DNA from: Vicugna vicugna
Lineage: Eukaryota
Assembly (NCBI GenBank): GCA_013265495.1
Contig: MU058769.1
Span: forward strand, 146,477-210,476
Direction: 5' to 3'
Length of the DNA: 64,000 bases
Shown here: in pieces, positions 1-11,950 of the stretch
Numbering within the stretch: position 1 is the stretch's first letter
Layout of the letters: every line of letters starts with the position of its first letter
Program-made: the position numbers and the translations under genes
Notes under the pieces: generated by a model
What the model saw: the letters and a program-made list of their open reading frames with translations, nothing else
What the model was told of the DNA's origin: nothing
Database searches by the model: none

Positions 1-364
1 TCAGAATAATGTACTTAAGGAACAGAAAAGGAGTGGATTTGAGAAGAAACTTTCCAAAGCATCAATGTGATTAAGACTAACATAGCCACAAGCTGTATAT
101 TAAATTCATCCACTAAGTTTTCTAACCCCACGTTGGCTGAGGTGGAGCTGTCTTTAGGATTTCTCATGACTGGGTTCTTTCTCTGTACCTCTTCCCTCCT
201 AGTGAGGCCAAACTCCTGTCTTAGATGTCTAGTTACTTCTGCCTATGGTTTCTCAAGGGGAAAGTCTTTTCTGTCTTTAATCCATGTCATTTTAAGTCCA
301 AAATCTCATATCCCATTTGAAGACTTGGAACCTAAAATGAAAAAGTCAGAAGGAAATCTCCCCT

Positions 365-2362
365 GGGATGGGAGGAGTGGCCAAGATAGCGGAGTAGGAA
401 GACCCTGAGCTCACCTCCTCACGTTCACTGAAACTGCGAGTATTTACAGGTAACTATTGATGAGAATAACATGAAGACTAGCAGAAAAGATTTCCCACAA
501 CTACAGTTATAAAGAAGGAACCATACTGAGATGGGTAGGAGGGGTAGAGACCTGTAATAGTCAAGAGCCACACTATCTGGTAGGTGACTGAGGAATGGGA
601 GGGTAATCACAACTGCAGAGGTGTTCCCAAAGGAGGGGGCTCCGAGCCCCACACTGGGCTCCACAGCCTGGGAGCTCTGCTCTGGGAAGATAAGCCCCTA
701 CAACGTATGACTTTTAAGGTCAGTGGGGCTTGAATACTATCCTCAACTAGAGGGCTTAGGAAACAAGAGCCCTTAAAGGACACATGCAAAACCTCACATA
801 CTCTGTGACCTAGTGCAGAGGCAGTAATTTGAAAGGAGCCTGGGTCAGACTCACTTGTTGATCTTGGAGTGCCTCCCAGAGAGGCAGGAGGCAACTGGGA
901 CGCCCCTGGGACCACGGATGCTGGTGGCAGCAATTCTGGGGAGCCTGTTCTACCATGAGGACACTGGTGCTGGCAAGTGCCATTCTGGAGTCCTCTCTCT
1001 AGCCCACTCATCCTGTGGGCTTACCCCTCCCCCCACCAGCCAGTCAGCACTAGTCCCAGGACTCCTCAGGCCAAGTAGCCAGCCATGCGGAAACCAGCCC
1101 CACCCACAGTGGACCAGCACCATCCCCAGGACTCCCTGGGCAGTGCAGTCTGCCATGCCAGGTCCCAGCCCTGCCCACCAGTGGGCCAGGAAACCATAAA
1201 CAAAATGGAAAGGTCACTTACTGAATGGGAGAAGTTTATCATTTGCAAATGATATATCTGAGAAGAGTTTAATATCCAAAAAATACAAAGAACACATACA
1301 ACTCAAGGTCAAACAAATAAACAATCTGATTTAAAAAATGGGCAGAGGACCTGAATAGGCATTTTTCTAAAGACATACAGATGGCCAACAGGCACGTGAA
1401 AAGATGCTCAACATCACTAATAATCAGGGAAATGCAAATCAAAGCCACAATGAGCTATATTCTCACTCCTGTCAGAATGGCTATTATCAAAAAGACAATA
1501 AATAACAAGTGTTGGGGAGGATGTGGAGACAGGAGAACCCTTGTGCACTATTGGTGAGAATGGAAATTGGTACAACCACTGGGAAAATGGCATGAAGTTT
1601 CCTAAAAAAACTAAAAATAGAACTACCATATGATACAGCAATTCTACTTCTGGGTGTTTTTCTAAAGGAAATAAAAACACTAATTTGAAAAGATACATGC
1701 ACCCCTGTGTTCACTGAAGCATTATTTAACAATAACCAAGAAATGGAAGCAATCTAAGTGTCCATCAGTAGATGAATGGATAAAGAGGAGGAATATAACT
1801 CAGCCATTAAAAAGAATGAAATCTTGCCATTTGTGGCAACATGGATGTACCCAGAGGGTATTATGCTAAATGAAATAAGTCAGACAGAGAAAGAATGTAT
1901 GTATGATTTCACTTGTGTGTGGAATCTAAAAAACAAAACGAATAAATGTAATAAAACAGAAGCAGACCCATAGATACAGTGAACGAACTGGTAGTTGCCA
2001 GAAGGAACGATGGTGGGGGGATGAGAGAAATACGTGAGGCAGATTGAGAGGTACAAACTTCAAGGTACAACATAAAGGAGTCACGGGTATAAAATGTACA
2101 GCACGGGGGTTACAGTCAATAATATTTGTTTAATTTTTTTAATGGGGGTGCTGGGGAGTGAACCCAGGACCTCATGCATGCTGGGCATGTGCTCTGCCCC
2201 TGAGCTACACCCTCCCCACTACAGTCAATAAAGTGATAACTTGGTATGGTGACAGATGGTGACCAGACTTGCTGTGGTGATCACTTTGTAACCTATAAAA
2301 ACATCAAGTCACTATGTTGTGAACCCGGAGTGAACACAGTGTCCAGGTCAATTATACTTTAT
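365..2362 (+). mobile_element. Internally deleted LINE-1 (5'UTR joined at ~1189 to ORF2 3' end and 3'UTR)
   Basis: L1-type 5' start GGCCAAGATAGCGGAGTAGG and GC-rich UTR, then ORF2-tail sequence (...AIKKNEILPFVATWM...) and 3'UTR. Confidence 0.8.
2123..2219 (-). mobile_element. tRNA-derived SINE (camelid Vic-1-like) with 12-bp TSD
   Basis: Minus strand reads GGGGAGGGTGTAGCTCAG...GGTCCTGGGTTCACTCCCCAGC plus A-rich tail. TSD TACAGTCAATAA at 2111-2122 and 2220-2231. Confidence 0.85.
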
Positions 2363-2450
2363 GTATAATTATGTATGCTTTATATATATAATACAAAAGT
2401 AGAAATGTATTTTTCTTTCTTTTTTCCTCCTACATGATTTTTTTGATAAT

Positions 2451-4174
2451 TAACATTTTTTATTGAGTACTAGTCATTTTATAATGTTGTGTCAAATTCC
2501 AGTGTAGAGCATGATTTTTCAGTTATAGATGAACATATATATATTCATTGTCACATTTTTTTCGCTGTGCACTAACACAAGATCTTGTATGTATTTCCCT
2601 GTGCTATACAGCATAATCTTGTTTATCTATTCTACATTTTGAAATCCCAGTCTGTCCCTTCCCACCCACCGCCCCCTTGGCAACCACAAGTTTGTATTCT
2701 ATGTCTATGAGTCTGTTTCTGTTTTGTATTTGTTTTTTTTTGTCTGTTTGTTTGTTTTAGATTCCACATATGAGTGATCTCATATGGTATTTTGCTTTCT
2801 CTTTCCGGCTTACTTCACTTAGAATGACATTCTCCAGGAACATCCATGTAGCTGCAAATGGCATTATGTTGTTGGTTTTTGTGGCTGAATAGTATTCCAT
2901 TGTATAAATATACCACTTCTTATTCATCCAGTCATCTGTTGATGGACATTTAAGTTGTTTCCATGTCTTGGCTATTGTAAATAGTGCTGCTATGAACATT
3001 GGGGTGCAGGTGTTATTTTGAAGTAGGATTCCTTCTGGATATATGCCCAGGAGTGGGATTCCTGGGTCACATGGTAAGTCTATTCCTAGTCTCCTGAGGA
3101 GTCTCCATACTGTTTTCCACAGTGTCTTTCCTTGCTTCCCTCTCTCACTTTCAGTGATTTAGATGTCTTCTTTTACAATTCTTTGTTTATTCTTTTTGGA
3201 ATTCATGGCAGTTATCTCCTTTCCAGTTATGAGTTTCTCATTTTTGTAGCATCCTGCTTCTTTTCTATTTAGAGTAGACCTGTCAATATTTCTTTTAGCA
3301 TGGATTTAGTGTTGCTAAACTCTTTCAGTTTTTGCTTGTCTCTGTGAAGTTCTTTATCTCTCCTTCTATTCTGAAGGATACCCTTGCTGGATAGAGTATC
3401 CTAGACTGCATCTTTTTTTCAGGACTTTGAATATATCTTGCCACTCCCTTCTGGCCTGTAGTGTTTGTGTCGAGAAATCAGCTGAGAGCCTCATGGGGGG
3501 GGTCCCTTGTAACTCACAATTTGTTTTTCTCTTGCTGCCTTCAGGATCATTTCTTTATCCTTGTCTCTGGCCATCTTGATTATGGTATGTCTTGGCGTGG
3601 GTCTGTTTGGGTTCTTCCTGTTTGGAACCCTCTGAGCCTCCTCTACTTGGATATCTGATTCTTTCTTTAGGTTTGGGAAGTTTGCAGTCATGATTTCTTC
3701 CAATACCTTTACAATCCTCTTTGTTCTTTCTTCCCCTTCTGGAACCCCTATTATGCATAGATGGGCACGCTTTATGTTATCCCATCAGTCCCTTATATTG
3801 TTTTCATTGTTTTTCTCTCAGCTCTTCTGATTGGGTGCTTTCTGTTGTCCTGTCTTCTAGGTCACTTATTTGTTCCTCTGCATTATCTAGCCTGCTTTGG
3901 ACAGCCTTTAGGGCAGCTCTCACCTCAGCAAATGAGTTTACTAATGCTACTTGGTTCTTTATAGCTTCTATTTCATTTTTGACATATTTTATATCTCTAA
4001 ACACTATCTGTTTTAGTTCCTTCAGTACTTTGATCAGCTCTTTTTTGAAGTTTTGATCTAGTAGACCATCAGTGTCTATTTCCTTGATCATACTTTCAGG
4101 GGATTTCTCTTGATCTTTTAATTGGGAGTGGTTATTCTGCTTCTTCATATTGCTCATATCTCTCTGGCACTGTG
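2451..4174 (-). mobile_element. 5'-truncated half-L1 (ORF1 4157-3269 disrupted; ORF2 deleted at 3126/3125)
   Basis: L1 ORF1p-like peptides in ORF track (3804-4157, 3491-3703), short spacer, then directly the ORF2 C-terminal tail (…SLICGI*, 2757) and A-tail. Confidence 0.88.
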
Positions 4175-4179
4175 TCTTT

Positions 4180-4860
4180 TAATTTCAAATGCATTTTAGC
4201 AACCCTGCATTTGTACTCTCCTTCCCTCATGATTATTGTTTTTGACATCATTTTTACATCTAATTGCTTTGTGTACCTCTTAACTGTTTATTACAGATAT
4301 AAATGATTTTACTCCTTTTGTCTTTTAACCTTACTACTAGCTTTGATATGGCTCATTTACTTCCTTTATTGTATATCTGCCTTTTTCCTTTTGTAATTCC
4401 ATGTTTCTAGTTGTGGCCTTTCTTTTTCACTTCACGAAGTCCTTTTAACCATTCTTGTAAAGATGGTTTGGTGGTTCTGAACTCTAAGTTTTTGCTTATC
4501 TATAAAACTTTTCATTTCTCTATCAAATTTGAATGACAGCCTCGGTAGGTAGAGTATTCTTGGTTGTAGGTTTCACCCTTTTGTCACTTTGACTGTATCA
4601 TGTCACTCCCTTCTGGCCTGCAGAATTTCTGCTGAAAAGCCAGATGATAGCTTTATGAGAGTTCCCTTGTGCATAACTTGTTGCTTTCCCCTTGTGTTGC
4701 TTTTAATATTCTCTTTAATTTTTTGCCATTTTAATTACAGTGTGTCTTGGTGTGTTCCCCTTTGGGTTGATCCTGTTTGAAATTCTGTGCTTTCTGGACT
4801 TGGAAGTCTGTTTCCTTTCCCAGGTTAGGTAAGTTTTTGGCTATTACATCTTCAAATACG
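4180..4860 (-). mobile_element. Older LINE-1 fragment (ORF1 3' part / spacer)
   Basis: Antisense ORF1-like sequence (cactcccttctggcctgcagaatttctgctgaaaagcc) similar to but diverged from 3440-3490. Confidence 0.7.
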
Positions 4861-7749
4861 TTCTACTGATTCCTTCTAGTGTAGAAGGGCAATGAAGGAA
4901 AAGAAAGAGTGACTGTGGTGTAGAAACTTTAATTTGCAGGTGTAGTATCCTCTGAAAATCCAAAGTAAAAATGTTAACTCTGGTTCCTTTAGCACAGGCT
5001 GCCATTCATGCTCCCTACATGTCACTGTATATGTCTTTTCCTGAAAACAGTATATACCTGTCTTTCTCAAACTCAGCAGATGGTGAAAATCAGAATAACC
5101 TACTGCATCCAGGAGGGGTTCTGGGAATGTCTTTACTGCTCACCAGTGCCCACAGGTGAATTTATGATGAGGCAATTTTGAGAAAATAAGTGAGATCAAG
5201 TTATACCGAAACTCTGATCACAAGACCAGAGCAACATCTTCCTGTGTATTATTCCCTCTTATCAGTCCTGGGATGAGATCCTGAGGAAACCCAGACAAGG
5301 AGCAGAGTGGGTTTCCTGTGAGCCTAAGCAGGTGCCTGACCTCTGGCAAGGGAGCAGACAAACTTCCCAGTCTTCAAGAAGTCCAGGGCAGACCATTTGG
5401 GAACTGGAAGCAGAGAACCCACCAAGGACAGCTGAGTGAGCATCTAGTAGACTAGCAGCTGTAGGTGTTGACTCTTTCTCCCTTTCCTGCACTCACCTGA
5501 CCTTGGCCCAAATGCATCCTGGGCAAGAACTCTGAGTGGGAGCACAGGGAATCCCCGAGGGAGAGGCTGTGCCAAGGAAAGGCATGCTGTCGGCCCCTCC
5601 TCCTGTGCTGCGCTAACCATAAAGGAACTGCTGCTTTCTCTGTAATTCATTCTCAGATTCTCCTGCATGTTCCTTCCTTGCAGAGCCCTCCCACTCCCAG
5701 TTCTGAGAAGGAGATCAAGAATTAATTCCCTCTGCCCACGCTGTGTGGTCCTCCCACTCCCAAGGGCTCCAGAAGACAACAACACTTTATTACCATTTTT
5801 TGTATAAGGCACTGGGACCATTTTGGGGTGGGGGAGTTAAATGTTTTCCTTTGGGGCTTTTACAACAATGCTTGTTCACAATTGCTGACAGCAGCATTAT
5901 TTTCTGGTTTAAATTCATGACACGAAAACTGGTTAAATTTCCTGTCTCAGCTACGTAGCTACTGAGGCCGAATAAAAGAGGGTAAGATATTGCCTCGCTT
6001 CAGCCTGGATGCCCAGCAGGTTACCGTGGAGGCCTCGCATCACACACCAAGTCAAATGCATGGAAATGCACCCATACCCACGTAGAAAAAAAAGATTTTC
6101 TCTTAGAAAGTAATAAATTTTAAAATAAAGTTTTATTTGAAAATAAACTAGTGCTAAAAGTGAAACTAACCACCAGAACTACTCATAATTCATTTTAATT
6201 GGTGATTGGCTGTGACTCTATAGCAATCATCACAAACACTCAGAAATCTGTTGATGTGAGGAACTTTAACTCCTGAATTGTTTACAGAACAGTGAACCAT
6301 CAACGAGGTTGATGCACATTTTTTAATCATTTAGTTCAATAAAGGTTCTATTTGGCCATTTTACTTCAAGATCCTAGTGTGAATAAAGACCTTTTACTGC
6401 CTCCAGCATCTCCAAAAACACCTAAAAATTCCTTAGGCCCCAGGAGGCATGTCTCCTTTGAAGTTTCACTTTTCTCTCTCTCTCCAGTGGTAATGAGAGA
6501 AAAATGAAAAAGGGGCTTGGCCCTTCCAGAGACAAGTCTGCATGTGTTAATGACAGTTTGAAGCCACAAGACCTCACATGGTCAACATTTCAGAAATAAG
6601 CCTCTTACACTTAAGGAGCTAAATCTGATGCGTCTGGGGACTGCTGATGTCCACAGTTTTCTGTGGTCCCCTTTTCTTCTTTCTGCAATGCTGAATTGGA
6701 GCCTTTCCTTTAAAGGCCCCCCCACCCCAGCATAAAGCCTTCTTTGTAAATCTAGTTACATATACTTTTCTGACTCTTATGGTATTTAATCTTGATTGTA
6801 ATAATTATTCATGTATTCCCCTTTCCCAACATAACTTTTATCACAAGCAGTTTTAAATCCTTTGAGAGAAGGACTGATGGCTTAAAAAACATTTACGGAT
6901 GCCCTATTTAGGCATATGGTCTCCTGTAAGCCTGGATGACATCAGCACGTGAGAATCAGTCAACCTTCCCTGTGAGGTGTCTGCCCGTGCAGACACAGCA
7001 CAGATCCCTCACCCTCTCCCTTTTGAGCATAGGCTCTCTCTAGTGGAAAGTGGCTTCTGTTGGGATTTTAAGCCACGGGCGTAAATTGTGATAGATGTCA
7101 CTTCTTTTCTAGTCACACGTCCCCACAACCCCACAAAGTTCTAAAAAATGAAAATAGGAAATACAGTTATTGTCAAAGAAAAAATAATACTGATATTGGA
7201 AAGTCAGCAGCCAAGGGCCATCTCCACCAAGCAAGAGAGAAAATCCCTCTCCTTCCAGTCGTTTTGGGTTATGAGGGTAGTGGGAAGAAGACCAGGAATT
7301 GTGAGATAATGAATGAATGTTTATTTTTGCAAACTGCAATCTGTTTATCTGTTTTCCCTGAGTCACTGTCCCTTTGCCAGGACCCTGTTGTCTGGGCCAG
7401 TTCACTCTGCACACTGCCTAATATCAGCAATTCTTAGTCAGGGCGTGTGAAATTACCAGGCTGGGTCAAAAGTCATGGGAACAGTGCAGCAATTTATTAA
7501 CACTTAAAATTTGAGTTACAAAGGATGTATGGGGTTCAAGACAGATTGGAAAGGAGTTGAAATTATCTATGACCTCACTCTCTTTTGGCCAATCACATCC
7601 CAATTGGTTTTTAAAAGGAAGGGAAGGGTAGTACCATTATCTCTCAGGTATGGGAGAGTGAGAAAGGTAGTATCTGAGGCATGATACCACCCTGCTGCAG
7701 GATATTGCACCCAAAGCTTAATAATTATAAAAATAAATACTTTTTGAGC

Positions 7750-9680
7750 TCTGCAAGTTTTTCAAAGCACAGACAGGGCAGTGGAGCTGAGGCCTACTGG
7801 TCTCACTCCTAGAAGCATGAGGCAACTCATTCTTGCAACCACCACCTCTCACTTCCCCACGCCTGACCTTGTGGAGTTGACTGTGGATGGAGAAAACTGA
7901 ATCCACACATGATTAGTCTTATGAAAAATTCATGGCCACAAACCTTTAGTGGGCTTTTACGCTACTGTCATATGGTGATACTCCATTCATTGTCCTAATT
8001 TCCAAACAACCATTTCAAATCTTTCCTCTCTTCATACCTCCAACTTGTTCTCTCCTATCCTAGCTCTGAGCTGATGACCAACTTGACTGAGAAAAACTGA
8101 AGCAACTGGAAGATAATTTCCCCAGGACTCTTCCCACCGCCTCCACCTGCCTACCATCACCTGCACCAGCACAGCCTGTCCGACCTTCCCCTTGTGTAAA
8201 CCCAGGCCATTTACTTGTGCTCTAGAGCATACTCCTCTCAGCCTGTTCAGCACACCCCACCCCCGCAATTCTATTCTCTTTCTTTTTTTAAATCATTAAT
8301 TTTTTACTTTCTACTATTTATTTCTCCGATCTTCCCATCCCTTAACTGCCACCTCCATCACCGCCATGAAATCTTTCCCTTGTTGCCACAAAATTCCTCT
8401 ATGGATCTGTCTATGTTCACTGCCTCCAGCCCCTCTTCCTATTTCCTACTGGAGCATTTCCAATCAGGCACCAACACCCAACACTCTTCCCAAACTGCTT
8501 TTAACAACGTGTCCAATGACTTTCAACTTCTACATCTAAAGGTCAATTCTCAGGCCTCACCCTACTTGCCATAGCAATATTTGACTTTCTCCTTCTCTCC
8601 TTCTTGATATACCTTCTTTCTATGGCTTCCAGGACACCACTCTCTTAGAATGTATTTCCTCTTCCCTCAATGTTTCCACTCAGCTTCCTTTGCTGGTTCC
8701 TCCACTTCCCCCAGATCCTTAATGTAGAATGCCCTCAGGCCTCAATTTTTGGATCTCCAAGGTATCTACACTTGTACCTCCAACCCCAACCCAGAACTCT
8801 CTCCTTAGCTTCAGACTCAAATATACAAAAGCTTCCTCCATATTTCCAGCTGAATATCTGGGAGACGTCTCAGATTTAACCTTAGTGAACTGAACTCCTG
8901 ATTATTGCCCGTCTCCAAACCTTTCCCATCTCAGTTAGTGGTAACTCTATTCTGTTGCTCATTTCAGCAAAATCACTCTTCCTCTCCCTCACCATATTCA
9001 AAAAGTCAGAAATTTATACTGTGTCTTTAAAATCTGTTGAGAGTTTGAGTTCTTTTTGCTACTGCTGTTGCCACCAATCCGGTTCTAACGGTCATCATTT
9101 CATGCTTGGATCACTGCAGTAACTTCCTACTAGCTGCCCCTGTACCTACTCTTGCCTACCCTCAGTCAGTTTAACAGAGCAGACACAGATGACCTTTTAA
9201 AAAATAAATTAGATCATTCGCAACTCTACTCAAAACCCTGCAGTGGTCTCCCTTTTTACCTGAAGTAAAAGCTAAACTCTAAAATGGCGTACAAAGCATT
9301 GCATGACCTGGCATCCCATGGCTTCCCTGACCAGTTCTCTACTATTTCTCAACTATTGCTACTGCCCCAGACACATTGGTCTTCCTACTGCTCCTCCAAC
9401 AGGCCAGGCATCCCCCGGCCTTAAGGTATTTACTGCAGCTGTTCTTCCCCTGGAACTACCTGCTCCAGATTGTCCCTTTGACCCATTTTCCTTCTGCAAG
9501 TTTGCTCAGTTCTCAACTTTTCCAGGAAGCTTGTCCTGTACAGCTGACTCAGTATGATGGCACACATTCCTCACCTGCTCATTTGTTGTTTTAATCCATC
9601 ACTACTTTCCACTTTCTAACATACTTTATAACTAACTTACCAGTTTATTGAATTTATTGTTTATCTTCCTCAAGAGGATG
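7750..9680. mobile_element. L2 LINE remnant
   Basis: Pyrimidine-rich L2-like motifs (tccaatgactttc…aaaggtcaattctcaggcctc, ggcttccaggacaccactctc). Boundaries approximate. Confidence 0.65.
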
Positions 9681-10182
9681 TAATTTGAACACTGAAATGA
9701 TTCTTAAATGAGTTTCCTATTTCTAACTAATACTCTTTGGCTTTTACCAGGCCTCTGGGGTTTGGTGAACAATGCCGGCATTGCCCTGCCTATTGTCCCA
9801 AATCAATGGCTGACCGAAGACGACTTTTTAAAGATCTTGAATGTGAACTTGATTGGCCTCGTCAAGGTGACCTTGAGCTTTCTTCCCCTGGTCAGAAAGA
9901 CCAGAGGAAGAAAAGTCAATGATTCTAGCCCAACTGGGAGAATGTCTGTGTTGGGTGGTGGACTGCATTTCTAAATACAGTGTAGAAGCCTCTTCTGACA
10001 GCCTGAGGCAAGGACCAGCCTCTGAGGAAGACCTGACTGTGGCTGGGAGTGTATCTGCGAGTGATGGGCCTGGGTTCCAGATCTATTGGTGCTGAATGAA
10101 ATGAAGGACTTTGGGAATGGAATGTCTAAATCTTTCGATAATATAAGGTCATACATTACGGAATGTGAAAAATGTATTAGGA

Positions 10183-10296
10183 CTTTTTTTTTAATTGAAA
10201 TATAGTTGACTTACAATGCTGTGTTAATTTCTGGTGTACAGCAGAGTGATTCATTTATAGATATATATTCATATATATTCCTTTTCATATTCTTTT
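10183..10296 (-). mobile_element. Short LINE-1 3'-tail fragment
   Basis: T-run followed by aattgaaatatagttgacttacaatgctgtgttaatttctggtgtacagc, the reverse complement of the L1 3' ends seen at 27690-27749. Confidence 0.7.
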
Positions 10297-11654
10297 GACT
10301 TACTTTGTTTTATTGTTATTCCTATAAGATGTCTTTATGTTTCAAACAAATTTAATGTATTTTTGTAAGACATATATAAATAAAATACTCATATATATAT
10401 ATGAATATTATGTATATAACGTATATCCCACATGGGAATGTTAAGAGTTTGTTTCTAAAACATTATTTGCCTTATTATTTAAGTGCTTTAAGTCACTAAA
10501 CCTGACTAATGGTTCTCAGGAGGGGAGAATGAACATTGGCGGGTTAATTTAAAGGTAAAGCTCTGTGCCAAGTGCTCTATTTACTCCTTACAGAAAGCCC
10601 GCGTGTTAAATGTGGTTCTCTACGGTTAAGTGTGAGGTTGAACCAGAATCTGAACTCAGTTCTGTGGGAGAAAAACTTCTGTAGTGGGTATACAGCAAAT
10701 ATGAACACGGGTGTGTGCAGGTGCATAGAGGCAATGATGAGGGGGTGACTTACCTTTTTGTGCAGCAGAGGCCAAAGGAGGCTTCACAAAGGAACTGAGC
10801 AAGTAGGTAAGGAGGAGGAGGCAGGGGCCAGGAAGGGACGTGAGGGCTCAGGGAGCTGTCAGAGGGTGGGTCTGTGGGAGAGAGGTGTGAGGTGGGCAGG
10901 AAGAGGCAGCATCAGTGCCTCCGGCCCAGATCTGAAGCTTCTCAGAAAGCAGTCTATGGGTGTTGTGCTTTTGAATTTTATTTGAACATCTTCCCCAGAT
11001 ACTTGGGTGTACTCTTTCATTTTCTTCCTTGACCTAAATGCCTTTCTTGAAACACTGCCTGCAGCATTCTAGTTTAAGAAGGGGTGGGACTGATTAGGTC
11101 ACAGAATGATGCTGTTTCCTTGGTTAACAGTCCCTTGCCTTGTGTTTCAGAAGGGAGCTCTGTCCTTTTGCTGTTCACGTTGCTATCACAGCACCTGGGA
11201 AATTTAAAACATCCGTTTGCCATGACAATATACAGGGTGTACTCAAGGGGATCTGGGGCCAAGCGTTCCCAGAGGTGAAGGAGAGTCACGGAGACAAGCA
11301 TTTCAAAGGCTGTAAGTTCCTCGGTCCCCACAGCACAGGGACGGCAAAGTTATTAACTTGAGAAAACTTCTTGACTGCTTGCTCCATGCCAGTCCGAGAC
11401 TAGGCTCACTTGCTGCTGCCCTTCCTGCCTCGCCCAGGCTGCCGGCTTCCCCTGAGCCCCAACACATACTCAACACACACGAGGCATTGTGGAAGGATTA
11501 ACTCAGTCTTCATAACCCTAGAAGGAAAGTGCTGCTGCTAGTCCTCATTTACAGATAAGGAAATTGAGGCCTGAAATGTTGAGTGATTTCCCAAGATCAC
11601 TCAGCAAAACAGTGCAAAGTGATGAACTGAACCCTGGCAATGTTGCTATAGACG

Positions 11655-11950
11655 TTAGCCCAGTAGAAATATAATGCCAGCCACAAACGTCAGCCACATT
11701 GAAAAAAAACAAACCAAAAACCAATGGACAGGTGAATTTAATCCAGAACAGACCATTTCCAGAATACTGTCATTTCAACAAATAATCAACATGAAAATTG
11801 CAATTGAGATATTATACATTCTTTCTTTGTACTAAGTCTTTGAGACACAATGTGAATCTTACACTTGCTGAACATTTCAATCAGACTGGCCTCATTTCTT
11901 ATTTTAAATTGCTACGTGTGGCTTGTGGCTGCTGTACGGGACAACACAGC
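11655..11950. mobile_element. MER33-like hAT-Charlie DNA transposon
   Basis: tagaaatataatgccagccaca ... gagatattatacattctttctttgtactaagtctt ... gtggcttgtggctgctgtacgggacaacacag. Confidence 0.7.

Noticed and set aside
2140..2217. Possible tRNA gene (A/B boxes)
   Set aside because: A-rich tail and TSD show it is a tRNA-derived SINE.
6205..6225. ATTGGCTGTGACTCT (IGCDS) as the missing + strand exon 1
   Set aside because: Only five codons resemble TGCDSGFG. Flanks show no similarity to exon 1 of the cluster genes.
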